Source of the DNA: Naegleria gruberi
Taxonomy: Eukaryota
Length of the DNA: 64,000 bases
NCBI GenBank assembly: GCA_000004985.1
Contig: GG738897.1
Reading direction: 5' to 3' (one strand)
The translations under genes and the position numbers were made by a program. This document shows positions 52,794 to 63,720 of this stretch, piece by piece. How positions within the stretch are numbered: position 1 is the first letter of the stretch; every line of letters begins with the position of its first letter. The notes under the pieces are model-generated. The model was not told the DNA's origin, made no database searches, and saw nothing but the letters and a program-made list of their open reading frames with translations.

Positions 52794-53954
52794 ATGTGCA
52801 TACATACTACTAACGAAGAAAAGCAACCGCTTATTAGTAATCACTACATAGAACAACAACTAGACTTACATTGTGTTGGAGTCATGTTTGGAAAATATGC
52901 AACCGAAAAAGAAACCATGACTCTACAAACTTTTCACAGAAAAGGAACTCTTTACTTTGTTAATAATTCACACGGAAAAAAAGATAGGTGGAAGATTAGA
53001 ATGTTCATTCCTAAACATAGTACCTCTCTTGACCCTGTACCTAAACTATGCTTTGCATCAAACAAAACCATTTCAGAGCTCGGTATGGATTCCACTTCAA
53101 AATTAACCATTAACGATGATGACTTTATTATTATTGAATTTATTTATTCAAATCCAAAGAAAACTACAAAGAAATCCTCCCCCAAACCACATGAATTATT
53201 TCTAGTACAAAATAAGCAAAAACATTTTCTATTTCCTTTATATATATTTTCAAAACAATGTTTTGATAATATTTATCTTCCAGATTTTTGGGAAATTTTA
53301 GTGATTGAAACATTTTTTATTTATTTACTTAAGGAAGGTGATATTAATGATATTTTACTTTTATGGAGTGCTGTCTTTAAATTTATTGGAAATGATTCAT
53401 TGGATAAGGTTTATTTTGATTTGTATAATTCTAAAAATAATGTTAATGGATTCCTTTCTATTTGCAGAGAAATTTTGAAAAATGATTATGTAGAAAATTA
53501 CTGGAAATATTTATTTGAATCTCCATTTTTTTTATTAATTTATGTGTTGACAATTCCAAATTTAATTGAAAATTTTTCAAATAATTATACTGAACTATTT
53601 CAAACAACATTTCACAAGACTATTGTTTCATTTATTATGCAAGAGGCTTGTAATGCGAAATTAATTACAAATGCTTTAAACGAAATGTCAAATGAATTTG
53701 ATTTTGTGAAAAAATTTAATGATGAAAAACTGAAATATTTTGAAATGTTAAATAACACAGCAATGGGAACAGTTTCACATATTGCTTCAATTAGTGCTCA
53801 TTGTGAACATATTGAAATGTTTAGATGTGTACTTCATCTTCTTCAAAATATTGGACCGTATTTGGAAAAATACCAAGTTGTGACGGAATGTTCAACTCCA
53901 GAAACAAAAACTAAAACTGTTTCACTCCTTGACAAAATCAGAAATTTATTCTAA
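52794..53954 (+). CDS. Hypothetical protein, 386 aa.
   Basis: ATG at 52794. Long ORF. No motif recognised. Confidence 0.4.
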   Translation: MCIHTTNEEKQPLISNHYIEQQLDLHCVGVMFGKYATEKETMTLQTFHRKGTLYFVNNSHGKKDRWKIRMFIPKHSTSLDPVPKLCFASNKTISELGMDSTSKLTINDDDFIIIEFIYSNPKKTTKKSSPKPHELFLVQNKQKHFLFPLYIFSKQCFDNIYLPDFWEILVIETFFIYLLKEGDINDILLLWSAVFKFIGNDSLDKVYFDLYNSKNNVNGFLSICREILKNDYVENYWKYLFESPFFLLIYVLTIPNLIENFSNNYTELFQTTFHKTIVSFIMQEACNAKLITNALNEMSNEFDFVKKFNDEKLKYFEMLNNTAMGTVSHIASISAHCEHIEMFRCVLHLLQNIGPYLEKYQVVTECSTPETKTKTVSLLDKIRNLF

Positions 53955-54553
53955 TATTATTAAATTATCCTTATCTTAGTAAATTATGAAATAACACAAC
54001 TCTTCCAAAACACCATTCCATTGTACAAATGTAAGGATTGTAATCGAAAAAACATATATTTATTGTACAATCAAACAATTTAGTACATTGTTGATGCAAT
54101 TAATTGCCAAGGTATATTTGGATGGAAGCAACAGGAGTAAGTATTGATTAATGTGGTAGTGGAAAGAACTTGGCAAAATTCATATTCCTCACTATGTCAA
54201 ACCTCTTCTGTGGCTCCCCTAACAGGAAGGGACCAACGATGGGGTGAACCAAATGAAAGAGCAAGCCAATTCCCCATTTTTTACATTCCTTGATGAAGGT
54301 CTAAACATACTATTTGGCTCTCCTTTAATTCCAACACCCAGTATTAATTGGCTAGAGAAAAAGATGTATCGCAAGAGCTTTGGGTTCCTCTAAAGGACTA
54401 TCTCACTTGATCCAAATATTGGTAATGCCTTCCTGTGAAGATATCCTAAAGACTTTTCTACCTTAGACATATTAAGGAGAAAGATTCCCATTCTTATTTT
54501 TTCTTTTGTTGATAATGATTATCCTTTGCTTTGGTTGTGAAATAGAAACTATT

Positions 54554-55291
54554 TCACAATATTACTTCTAATATTTCATTGATGAATTTTCCAATAGTAG
54601 CCAATACAAATGGAATGGTAAGTGGTAACATTGTGTAAAATGAATAGAATTTCACACACAACATTAAGGCACTCAGACAACCTCCAAGTGGAACCAATTG
54701 TAAAAATCCATTCGCACGTACAATTCCATAATTCAGAGCCCTCACTGCCTGTATTGTTAAATAGATTGAAAATGGTAGCATACAATAAACACTTCTACTT
54801 AGTAAAAATAGAGATATTGATGCCCATTGGAAACATGATTCGAATTTCACTGGCGGAATAGTGCACCAATAGATTGAAAATACACTGATAGTAACTGTTG
54901 AAATGGCATACATTATAGAATTCAGAGCTGAATGAACGGTGCTTAATTCCTGGCCTGCCCAATTCAAGAAAATAGACGAAACTCCACGTAGCACTCCAAA
55001 ATAAATTCCCAATCCTAAACTCAAAAAGAAATACAGGATAAAATTATCAGTCGCATGTCCAAAATGTTGATCATACTTTTCTGAAACTCTCTTATTAATC
55101 ATGAATTTTCTCCAATAATAGAACAATAATAAAATGGCAGAAATCGAAATTGAAACTAATCCAATGTAGAATAATATATAAAATGGAAGGAAACTATATG
55201 GAAGCCACCACAATCCTCGACTCAGAGTTCGATCATTTTCCTCCAATTGAGACATTAATCCAATACTTATTGTTGCATCTATTAAAATCAA
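54554..55291 (-). CDS. Multi-pass membrane protein (about 7 TM). Hypothetical.
   Basis: A hydrophobic ORF. The track start is TTG, and the first ATG is about 36 nt downstream (MSQLEENDR...). A TTTTTTTAG acceptor lies just upstream at about 55300. It may therefore be spliced to the F-box-like ORF at 55388..55783, but the phases did not close with that acceptor. Confidence 0.4.
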   Translation of the reverse strand: MILIDATISIGLMSQLEENDRTLSRGLWWLPYSFLPFYILFYIGLVSISISAILLLFYYWRKFMINKRVSEKYDQHFGHATDNFILYFFLSLGLGIYFGVLRGVSSIFLNWAGQELSTVHSALNSIMYAISTVTISVFSIYWCTIPPVKFESCFQWASISLFLLSRSVYCMLPFSIYLTIQAVRALNYGIVRANGFLQLVPLGGCLSALMLCVKFYSFYTMLPLTIPFVLATIGKFINEILEVIL

Positions 55292-55387
55292 TGATAAAAC
55301 TCCTAAAAAAAGAATCGGCCAATTTACAAGAAACTGATACCTATTTAAATTCGAATATCAATTTCTTTCATTCCTTTCAAAAAAAAC

Positions 55388-55783
55388 TTACAATAAATGG
55401 CCTAATGATAAAAATTTCTTTAAATATTTATCCCTCCTATAATATTTCATCCATTTACAATACTCTTTCATATTGACATTCTCCCTAATTTCAGATAAAA
55501 GTGAAACACCTTTCGAATCTGCATATCCTCCTTTCAATCTATCAAAAAATCCATTCATCGTATCCAACACCCTATCAATCGGATTAGAAATCAACTGAGA
55601 CCACCTAAATCCAACCCTCAATCTCGACACATTTTCCAATTTTACATTTTCCCACATTTTTGTATTTTCCAAAATTTCATAAAATTGTTTGCAAACGCGA
55701 GAATGAGAAAGAATTTCTTGCGGAATTTCAATTCCGAACTCGAAAATTTGTTCAATAATTTCGTTGGGCAACGAGTCGAGCAT
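55388..55783 (-). CDS. F-box-like small protein, 131 aa. Possibly the 5' exon of the downstream membrane-protein gene.
   Basis: ATG at 55783. The N-terminus is LPNEIIEQIFEFGIEIPQEILSHSRVCKQFYEIL. The ORF's stop overlaps a GTAAGT donor (CATTTATTG|TAAGTTTTTT). Confidence 0.4.
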   Translation of the reverse strand: MLDSLPNEIIEQIFEFGIEIPQEILSHSRVCKQFYEILENTKMWENVKLENVSRLRVGFRWSQLISNPIDRVLDTMNGFFDRLKGGYADSKGVSLLSEIRENVNMKEYCKWMKYYRRDKYLKKFLSLGHLL

Positions 55784-56824
55784 TTTTTTTTAAAGTTTAC
55801 AATTTGGAATTTTTGAAAATTATTGTTCGAATGAGATTTTTTATTGGAAATAGAAAGTTAGGGAATAATCGAATAGATTTTTCAAGAAGAAACTTTAAAT
55901 GAACTTTGGATTAATTGATTTGTGAATTAAATATTTAATTTTTTTGTAACAATTAATAAAATATGGAAATTTTCAATCAATTTAATAATAGTTTGTAAAA
56001 ATTATTCGAATCTTTTAAAGCTTTAATAATCGTAGTTGTAATATTTACAGTATTTATAAATAGTTTACAATAAATAGATTCACAATTAAATTGAAGATTC
56101 TTTCCCAATGCCGCAAACCAAGTCCATGCTTCCGGTCAAACCTCAAACAATTTAAGCAATTCGTTTTATTGACATTGTTTCGAATAAACAAAGATAAATG
56201 AGTAATTTGCCAATATTGTATCATTTGTTATTATCTGAAACCAAATTTGATGATTATGTCGTGTCATTTATTTTCTTTTCGCGGATTTTTTAAGAGCCAC
56301 CTCTCAATTTAACCAACGGGTTTCGAATCTTGTTTCGAATACAGTTTATGTCTAATCCTTTCCCTGATTCACAGTCAATGTATGGTTGAAATCCATTCTT
56401 TCACAATTCTTAATACAAAAAACAAATACTCTTTACGACAGCTCTTTCCTCACATTGTTCGAAACTATCTGATTCTTCCAAAAGAAAGCTGTTTCCATAA
56501 AAAATAAAAAAATCAGATCGATCTTAGTTGCTCACGTCAGGATTGGGTCACATAATTCAAAATTATTCAGAGACTTGCCTTTGTTTTTAATTGTTCCCCG
56601 CTCAACTGAAGGTCTCTTTTGACTTGTGACAGTTACACATCAGGTTTTTGGTTTCTCGTTTACCAAACACATTCAAAAAACAGGACACTTTATTCTGGAA
56701 TCATCTCTTCTAATAATATTACAAAAAACAATTATTCGAAACTTGTATTCCGCGCACTTGGCCAATTTTCAAGCACACAATATTTCAAACAACAAAGAGA
56801 TAAAAAGAAACACACACCAACCTG

Positions 56825-59800
56825 ATGGTACAAGAGAAACATTATCTTTTGCCACTTTCTAATAATATTTCGAATAAGAATATCCAGCAGCCAATTCATG
56901 AAGGAATGAATCGACAGCAGCTTCCCTTCACTCCGCCATCCTCGTCATCATCACTGCCGGTGGACACACATGAACAGTCATCAACAGGATTCGACAAAAC
57001 TTGTGAGAATGTGCACGAAACTGTTCCACATCACCAACATTCTTTAAAAGAAATGGGTGAAAATGAAATTTCTCACTTTGAAAACATGATAGGGTCTCTT
57101 TCACCTGAGAAGAAACAATCTCTCATCTATTCGATTCTTCAACATCAATTTCAAGATCAGAATCAAATAGTCAGTATGTTGATGGAAGAATTACCACTCC
57201 CCACCACATCAACAGATGTGAATAATTTGGCATCATCATCACCACCACTTTCTTCATCTCTAGATTCTAATAATTTAATGATGATGAATTCGGAATCTAA
57301 TCATCATCATCATTCTAATGTACTATTGATGAGCAATAACAGTAATAATAGTAATGGTAATCGTGGTGCTGAATTTCAATCAATAACTCCTCTTGAAGAA
57401 TTGTGGTTTCGATCCATGAATAATTGTTCATCATCACCTCCTATTAATTATAATAATAATTATAATAATAATTGGATGTTTGATGGTAGTAGCGGAAAAG
57501 TATCTTGTTCATTGCCTAATAATTATCAAATTGGTGGTGGTTTGATATTTTCCAATATTGATGACAATGAACCTCAACAACAACAATTTAATAATCGTCA
57601 TCATTACGAACATAATAATATCAAACAACAACAAGAAGAATACATGATGATCGGAAAATCATTTCCGCCATCAAACGCCTCATCGGTTCATTTGCAAAAA
57701 CTAATGCAAGTCTATCATCAACAAAAACAACAAGAATTGAATCAACAACAAGCACCTTGGACGAACAATCAAATTATACTAGGTGGTGCCGTTGGAGAGC
57801 AACACAATATTGTCAACACCCTTAACAAGTCTCAATTGCTGCCAAATCCAACTACAACAAACTGTAATGAAAAAGCAAATCCAGAAAAAGGCTTGTTGGC
57901 TAATGAGGCTCATTTAGGATTTGATATTGCTCCTTCGCAAAACATCACTTCAACCACTTACCAAAGAGGTTCTAGTTCATTACTCTCACAACATTTGAAA
58001 GATTCCATGAGCAATAATGGAACAACAACATGTTTAAATGAATCTTTCACAAACAATGTTCATGGTGGTGTACAACATGGTTGCATTGTTGGTGGTACAA
58101 GGGATGCCAATGGTAGCAGTTTGCTTCTTGCTTCCAACTTGCCAAGGGAGAAATTAATGAATCAACAACAACCACCAATATTCAGCCAAACTCATTTGCC
58201 TCAATATGAAAATATGGTAACGGATTTAATCCAACACCAATTATCCTCTTCTCCATCAACTACACCACCAAGCGGACATGAATTTAATGCTACAACAAGT
58301 CGCACTATGGATTGTGTTGGGAACGAATCTTTTTCCTTCAACAACAAGTCGACTGGTGAATTAATCATCCCATCTTGTCAACCTTATGTCTCATCTTTTT
58401 CCTCATTTACCAAGGTGGCCAGGCCAACAAAAGATGCAGAGGCGAATCTCAGCAAATCTAATTCTGGACCAAACAACGTTCCAAACAACAAAAAAGAGAC
58501 ACAACCTCCCTCCTTTTTTACTTCGAGCAACACTATAATTGGAGCCGTGTCAACGAGAATATCAAACTCTCCTCCAATACTTACACCATCATCATCATTA
58601 GCAAGTAGTGCATTGATAACTGGTGATTCAAAGATTTATAATAGTAATACGCTCAATAGTTCCAACGTGCCTTCCATAAATTCCTCTCAATTAATATCAT
58701 CTTCATCTGTTGGTAGTACAACAAACATACAACAAGAACAACAACAGAATAATCTGAGTGGCCTTCATTTAAATAGGAATAGCCAACAAGAAGAACAGTC
58801 ATATAACAATATTACCACCTCTGGAAACAGTCAAATCAATAGAAATCCTCCTCACCATGCTGCTGTAATGAATAACAATCCTTCATTGCCAACTTCCAAT
58901 AGTACGAGTTATCAACAAACATCACCAACATCTTCTCAAATTCAACACCAACAAAATTATCTTCTCCCCCAACAACACCTTCATCAATCCCTCCCTCAAA
59001 ACAATCTTCAACAATCCTCATTCATTAATGGAGCTTCAGTGATGAATGGATTTCCGAACTATCAACCAAACAATTTACAAACATCTGGCCATATAGATGC
59101 ACCACAGCAGCCATCAAGTACATTTACCAGTCAACAACAACAATTCCAAACAATGAGAAGTTCAACCCGAGAGTCCCAGGCAAAAGAATCAGATGATGAA
59201 CCTTATCTTCCAAAACAATTTTCTGTTCTCCCTCCATCATCTAAACGTCGTATGAAAAGAAAGACTGACCAAACATCCAGGAGTACTACTGTTGCAAATG
59301 TGCCATCCAACACAATTAGCAGCTTGAATTCAACTCTCCTAAAGAAAATGACTGTAGATATGTATTATGATATAACGAGTGCTGGACATCCATTCTTACC
59401 GAGAGAAGATTTGGAAAATCTTTCTGTAAATGATGACCAAAGAACAAATCTTGCTTTCATGTTTTCCCTGCAGACCTTATGTTATCAACGTTTTGGTCTG
59501 ACAAAGCAAGCACATGACTCTTTTGAAAAGGCAAAGAATCTTGTCCTGTTTAACCCTAGCGATCCTAATTTATTTAATACGGCTTGTACATATGTTAATT
59601 TAGCTCTATACTGTAATTCATCAGGAGATCCTGAAAATGCAAACAAATTTTCAAGAATTCTAGATTACAATATTTTAAGAGACGACTCATTTAGAGACTC
59701 TCAAAATCCTGAACAATTGAAGGCACTAACTCAAATGAAAAAGATTTCGGATATTTCTGGTGGATCTGGTTATTATGGAGATGATAGAGGACTGAATGAT

Positions 59801-60724
59801 GTTTCTAAGTTTATTCTCTCCATTTACCAATATTCAACTGGTGGTGAACGTCCTGTTCCCACTGAAATGATGCAAATAGCTAGGCAACCTCTTAATATGG
59901 ACACATTACCTGAATATTTAAGTTTATTGGACTGTGTCATGAAAATGATGTTAATTTATGAATCTAAAGGTTTACACTTTTCAGAATCTCAAAAAAAGAT
60001 GACCAAATATTTGTACTATGGACTTTCATATGGTATGAAGATTCTTCTCCTCAAATTGTGTGGTTTCAAGGGTCCAGAATTGGAAGAAGCAGCTGAAAAG
60101 ATTACTCTTCTATGTAGAACTCCAACTTTTACATTTGCACCAACATTTTTGATCCAACCTGTTGGTTTGGCACTTGATGTTCACTGTGAAATGTTAAAAG
60201 AAATTGACCAGGGCGAGAGAAGTAATGTTGAAGAATTCAAAATTGCCAAATTACTAAGAAATGATATCGAGTCTCTAAGATTTTTAACCTCTCGATATCC
60301 AGAGCTGTGTGCCAACTTTAATCCATCTCTCGATCTAGCAGAATCACTTTTGGAAAAGAAGGGAAGAAGTTTGTCAAGATTTTTGGATGCTGATATTTAT
60401 TCATCGAATAGTGGAGGAGTTACTATTATTGAGGATGAGCTCAAAGTTATTGAAGGACAAATCAAGGAATCTGCCAAAACGAAGAGAAAATCTAGAGAAG
60501 ATGAAAGTACCAATGATAACTTTGGAAATACACCTAATACCACAACATCCACCGATCTGAACTCAAATCCTCACAATATGCAACCTCCAAATTCCTTTAT
60601 TCCAATTATTTCGGAAGAGTTCCCTAAAAATTATGGCTTTGATCCTCTGGCATTCCTTTCTGAAGAAGATTATGAATTGTTATTTGGAGAAGATCAAAAA
60701 AGTGTTACCACTGATTATTATTAA
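56825..60724 (+). CDS. Large protein of 1299 aa with a Q/N/S/T-rich low-complexity N-terminus. Hypothetical, possibly a transcriptional regulator.
   Basis: ATG at 56825. About 800 aa are low-complexity (poly-Q/N, Ser/Thr/Pro runs). A structured C-terminal region of about 450 aa follows (LPREDLENLSVNDDQRTNLAFMFSLQTLCYQRFGL...). It is loosely reminiscent of the C-terminal regulatory region of the Zn2Cys6 factor at 43645..45931. No DNA-binding motif found. Confidence 0.5.
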   Translation: MVQEKHYLLPLSNNISNKNIQQPIHEGMNRQQLPFTPPSSSSSLPVDTHEQSSTGFDKTCENVHETVPHHQHSLKEMGENEISHFENMIGSLSPEKKQSLIYSILQHQFQDQNQIVSMLMEELPLPTTSTDVNNLASSSPPLSSSLDSNNLMMMNSESNHHHHSNVLLMSNNSNNSNGNRGAEFQSITPLEELWFRSMNNCSSSPPINYNNNYNNNWMFDGSSGKVSCSLPNNYQIGGGLIFSNIDDNEPQQQQFNNRHHYEHNNIKQQQEEYMMIGKSFPPSNASSVHLQKLMQVYHQQKQQELNQQQAPWTNNQIILGGAVGEQHNIVNTLNKSQLLPNPTTTNCNEKANPEKGLLANEAHLGFDIAPSQNITSTTYQRGSSSLLSQHLKDSMSNNGTTTCLNESFTNNVHGGVQHGCIVGGTRDANGSSLLLASNLPREKLMNQQQPPIFSQTHLPQYENMVTDLIQHQLSSSPSTTPPSGHEFNATTSRTMDCVGNESFSFNNKSTGELIIPSCQPYVSSFSSFTKVARPTKDAEANLSKSNSGPNNVPNNKKETQPPSFFTSSNTIIGAVSTRISNSPPILTPSSSLASSALITGDSKIYNSNTLNSSNVPSINSSQLISSSSVGSTTNIQQEQQQNNLSGLHLNRNSQQEEQSYNNITTSGNSQINRNPPHHAAVMNNNPSLPTSNSTSYQQTSPTSSQIQHQQNYLLPQQHLHQSLPQNNLQQSSFINGASVMNGFPNYQPNNLQTSGHIDAPQQPSSTFTSQQQQFQTMRSSTRESQAKESDDEPYLPKQFSVLPPSSKRRMKRKTDQTSRSTTVANVPSNTISSLNSTLLKKMTVDMYYDITSAGHPFLPREDLENLSVNDDQRTNLAFMFSLQTLCYQRFGLTKQAHDSFEKAKNLVLFNPSDPNLFNTACTYVNLALYCNSSGDPENANKFSRILDYNILRDDSFRDSQNPEQLKALTQMKKISDISGGSGYYGDDRGLNDVSKFILSIYQYSTGGERPVPTEMMQIARQPLNMDTLPEYLSLLDCVMKMMLIYESKGLHFSESQKKMTKYLYYGLSYGMKILLLKLCGFKGPELEEAAEKITLLCRTPTFTFAPTFLIQPVGLALDVHCEMLKEIDQGERSNVEEFKIAKLLRNDIESLRFLTSRYPELCANFNPSLDLAESLLEKKGRSLSRFLDADIYSSNSGGVTIIEDELKVIEGQIKESAKTKRKSREDESTNDNFGNTPNTTTSTDLNSNPHNMQPPNSFIPIISEEFPKNYGFDPLAFLSEEDYELLFGEDQKSVTTDYY

Positions 60725-60825
60725 TTCTTTTTGAAAGATACCAACAAGATTAAATAAAGTTGTTATCAAGATTATCAAAAATGTTCAAAAATGTGGCGCC
60801 AAATTTTTAAACTAGAACAAAAAAA

Positions 60826-62442
60826 ATGTCGACAACCAATACGAACGAATCTGCTGCTGATGGATCATCTTCTAATAGTAATGGTGGTAGCAATAATCAT
60901 GGTTTGTCAATAAGACATGTTGATTCCACATTTAAAAGTAACACCGTTCCAATCCATCGTTCATCTACTAGTAGATTAGGATCAATCACTAATAGTACAA
61001 CAACTAATCACAATGTTTCATCTGCATCACCATCACCATCAAGACCAATTTCCATTCCATCAAATCCTAGTGATATCTTTCTCTTTAAAGGGTTTTTACC
61101 TCTCGATAAAAATTCCTTTCCATCACACTATATGTTTAATTGTAATACATTGGAAGGGATTGGCTTTCTTCCCGATCAAATGTTTCAATTATTTGCACAA
61201 ATTTTAGCCTATGAATATATAAGAAAAGGACAAACCATTCCTAATAGTGTTATGTGTGGTTTAACATATTTTCAAGAAATTTGTACTCTAAGAAAAAGAA
61301 GAATTATTCCAAATGAAATTTTACCAAGAGAACGACAAATTACAACAACTATGGGAGCTCCACTTCACACTATTGGATCAACCAATAATTTGACCTTTAT
61401 TCAACACGTATCGAGTTCTAAACATCCTGGAGTTGTTTCTGCTAAACCAATTAGTGAATCTCCTGTAAATTCCAATGTTTCTACTAGTAATATTCCACCT
61501 CCTCAACCACAAGAAAAGACCTCTTCATCATCATCAACAACATCCCAAACACCAGCAAGTACTGCATCAAATAATCCACCAATAGAAAGTAATGCTGGTC
61601 AATCTGAAAAATCCTCAACTACCACCACTGAAACCAATCTTGTAAATTCAACCACACCTCCACCAAACAATGACGAAAACTCAAATTCCAACCTTGTAAC
61701 AATCGATCGAGCACAACAATTAACATATAGAGTTGTTAAGCCACAACCAAATTTATTGGAGACTAATTTAACACTTATTGGATTGGAGGCGTGTTCGTAT
61801 TTATGTGACTCTTTCCCTGAAGGAAATGCAAAATTTAAAGAATTACTTGTCACACCAATAGTTAATCCTCATCTCCCAATTACAAATTCTTCCAATAATA
61901 CTAGTAGTAGTGATACAACAAGCTCTTCATCAACAATATCTGAGAAACAACCAGAGAAAGCCAAAGAAAACTCTCCTAAAATTCAAAAACCAATTGAGGT
62001 AATAACAGTCGATGATGAAACACCTAAAAAACCTCTTCCAACCACTAAGAAAACCAATAATATCACTACTACAAATGTTACAAGACCATCTAGATCCAAA
62101 ATTATTACAACCCCAATCAGGCAATTAGAGCTTTCCTCCTCAGATGAAGAATCTCCAGAAGTTGTGGCAGAAGAAAACAAAAAGAGGAAAAGGAAAACAA
62201 TAACCACTAAAAGAAAGAAAAAGGAAAAGAAAACTAAGAAGAATCACCTAGGTAATGATATTTATACTGTTGAAAAAGTATTGCGTAAGAAAATAAGAGA
62301 ATCCTCTGAGCCTGAATATCTAGTCAAATGGCAAGGATATGGCGAAGAAGATAACTCGTGGGTAAAAGAGTCAGATATGTTGGATAAAGCTCTTATCCAG
62401 AATTTTCGAGGAACAGTCGAATATGAAAAGAAATCCAAATAA
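60826..62442 (+). CDS. Chromodomain protein (HP1/Polycomb-type chromo domain at the C-terminus), 538 aa.
   Basis: ATG at 60826. The C-terminal DIYTVEKVLRKKIRESSEPEYLVKWQGYGEEDNSWVKESDMLDKALIQNF matches the chromodomain consensus (EyvVEkIL.rR.....veYLvKWkGy.e..nTWEPe.nl). It is preceded by a Lys-rich NLS-like block (KKRKRKTITTKRKKKEKKTKK) and a long Ser/Thr/Asn-rich region. Confidence 0.7.
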   Translation: MSTTNTNESAADGSSSNSNGGSNNHGLSIRHVDSTFKSNTVPIHRSSTSRLGSITNSTTTNHNVSSASPSPSRPISIPSNPSDIFLFKGFLPLDKNSFPSHYMFNCNTLEGIGFLPDQMFQLFAQILAYEYIRKGQTIPNSVMCGLTYFQEICTLRKRRIIPNEILPRERQITTTMGAPLHTIGSTNNLTFIQHVSSSKHPGVVSAKPISESPVNSNVSTSNIPPPQPQEKTSSSSSTTSQTPASTASNNPPIESNAGQSEKSSTTTTETNLVNSTTPPPNNDENSNSNLVTIDRAQQLTYRVVKPQPNLLETNLTLIGLEACSYLCDSFPEGNAKFKELLVTPIVNPHLPITNSSNNTSSSDTTSSSSTISEKQPEKAKENSPKIQKPIEVITVDDETPKKPLPTTKKTNNITTTNVTRPSRSKIITTPIRQLELSSSDEESPEVVAEENKKRKRKTITTKRKKKEKKTKKNHLGNDIYTVEKVLRKKIRESSEPEYLVKWQGYGEEDNSWVKESDMLDKALIQNFRGTVEYEKKSK

Positions 62443-62458
62443 ACTCTTCACAATAATC

Positions 62459-63500
62459 TCAGTAATCATAATCATCTTCATCTTTGAATGTTTTGGATTG
62501 TGGTTGTTGAATTTCATTCAATTCTTTCATCACATCCAATCCTTCTCCTCCATACATCATGTAACACATCATCATATCCTCTTTAGTGAGTTGACCAATA
62601 TCTTCTGGCATTTGATAATCTGATGCAACTCCAAAACCTAATAGCCCATAATTTGAGTTATCAAAGGTATCCATTCCATACATGCTATTATACTGGTCTT
62701 CCAACAATTTGGCTTGGGTTGCTTGAGAGGTTGTGTTATCACTCTTCTTTTTCAAGACATCCTTCTTTACAAAACTAACCAACTCACTCATTGAATTTCT
62801 AAAATGATAAATAATTGACCACAATTCATTTGCATATGGTGCCACTCTTTTCATTATAATATCCTCAATAATCTGCTCTTCTAATTCATTAGGTTTGTGA
62901 TTTTCATCCTTTTCCAAATCAATTTCATCTTTATCATTCGTATACTCGGCAAAACAATTAGCCAAAATATGTGAAATATTTCCCTCGTCATATAATTTAC
63001 ATTTCCTATCAAAATAATGATTATCCTCCTCATCCCAATATTCTATATCCACTCTATCACCAGTTTTAATTCTAGCCTTTCCATTCTTTGTTTCCACCAT
63101 TTCTTCATCTTCATTCGCCAATACATCAAAGTAATAATTAGAAGTCTCACTTTCCTATATCATACAATTCATACATCATATTCATCAATTCCAAATAAAT
63201 TTAATAATGCCATTCCGAACATAATAATTAATATTCAATAATTAAATATGTTAAATATAATAATAATTAAATCATCATCACAAGAAATACAAAATATAAC
63301 AATAACAAAACAATAGAAGAAATTACGATAATAATACATCAATGATTCCTTACATGACTAGTCTTTACAAATCTATAACGTTGTTGTTTGGCTGCTTGGA
63401 ATCTTGTTCTGGCTTCGGAAGAGCAATCAGGACAGCCATCCTTCTCGAAAGGAGGTTCAAAGAAGGAACCATGTTTACATCCACATTTAATTTGATTCAT
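62459..63500 (-). CDS. Hypothetical acidic protein. Two exons, with an N-terminal Cys-containing mini-domain.
   Basis: Exon 1 is 63500..63354 (ATG; MNQIKCGCKHGSFFEPPFEKDGCPDCSSEARTRFQAAKQQRYRFVKTSH; ends CAT|GTAAGG). Exon 2 is 63154..62459 (acceptor GATATAG; phase 0: ESETSNYYFDVLANEDEEMVETKNGK...). The antisense ORF 63342..63536 listed in the track is therefore an artefact. Confidence 0.5.
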
Positions 63501-63720
63501 TTTTTTAAATATACTTTACAAGAATTTTCCCGCTAAATTGAAAAAAATAAAAAAAAATGTACCTTGGTGAACCTGGAATGTAATTCTGATAGGCACTTTC
63601 AATTGGAGAAGGCTTTGTTCTTGGACAAATTAATTGAAGAAAATAGGCTAGATGGGCTAGGTACTATTATTGAATTTTGTTTGCCCTTCCGATTGGTCAT
63701 GATCAAATAGTTACCTTTAG

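Noticed and set aside
55291-55388. Splicing of the F-box-like ORF (55388..55783) to the downstream 7TM-like ORF through the strong TTTTTTTAG acceptor.
   Set aside because: The donor leaves phase 2 while that acceptor requires phase 1. Only a weak AACAATAAG acceptor closes the frame. The two ORFs are therefore kept separate pending transcript data.
63342-63536. A 64-aa plus-strand ORF in the track.
   Set aside because: It is antisense to the well-supported first exon (63500..63354) of the minus-strand gene, which ends in a GTAAGG donor and splices in phase to 63154.
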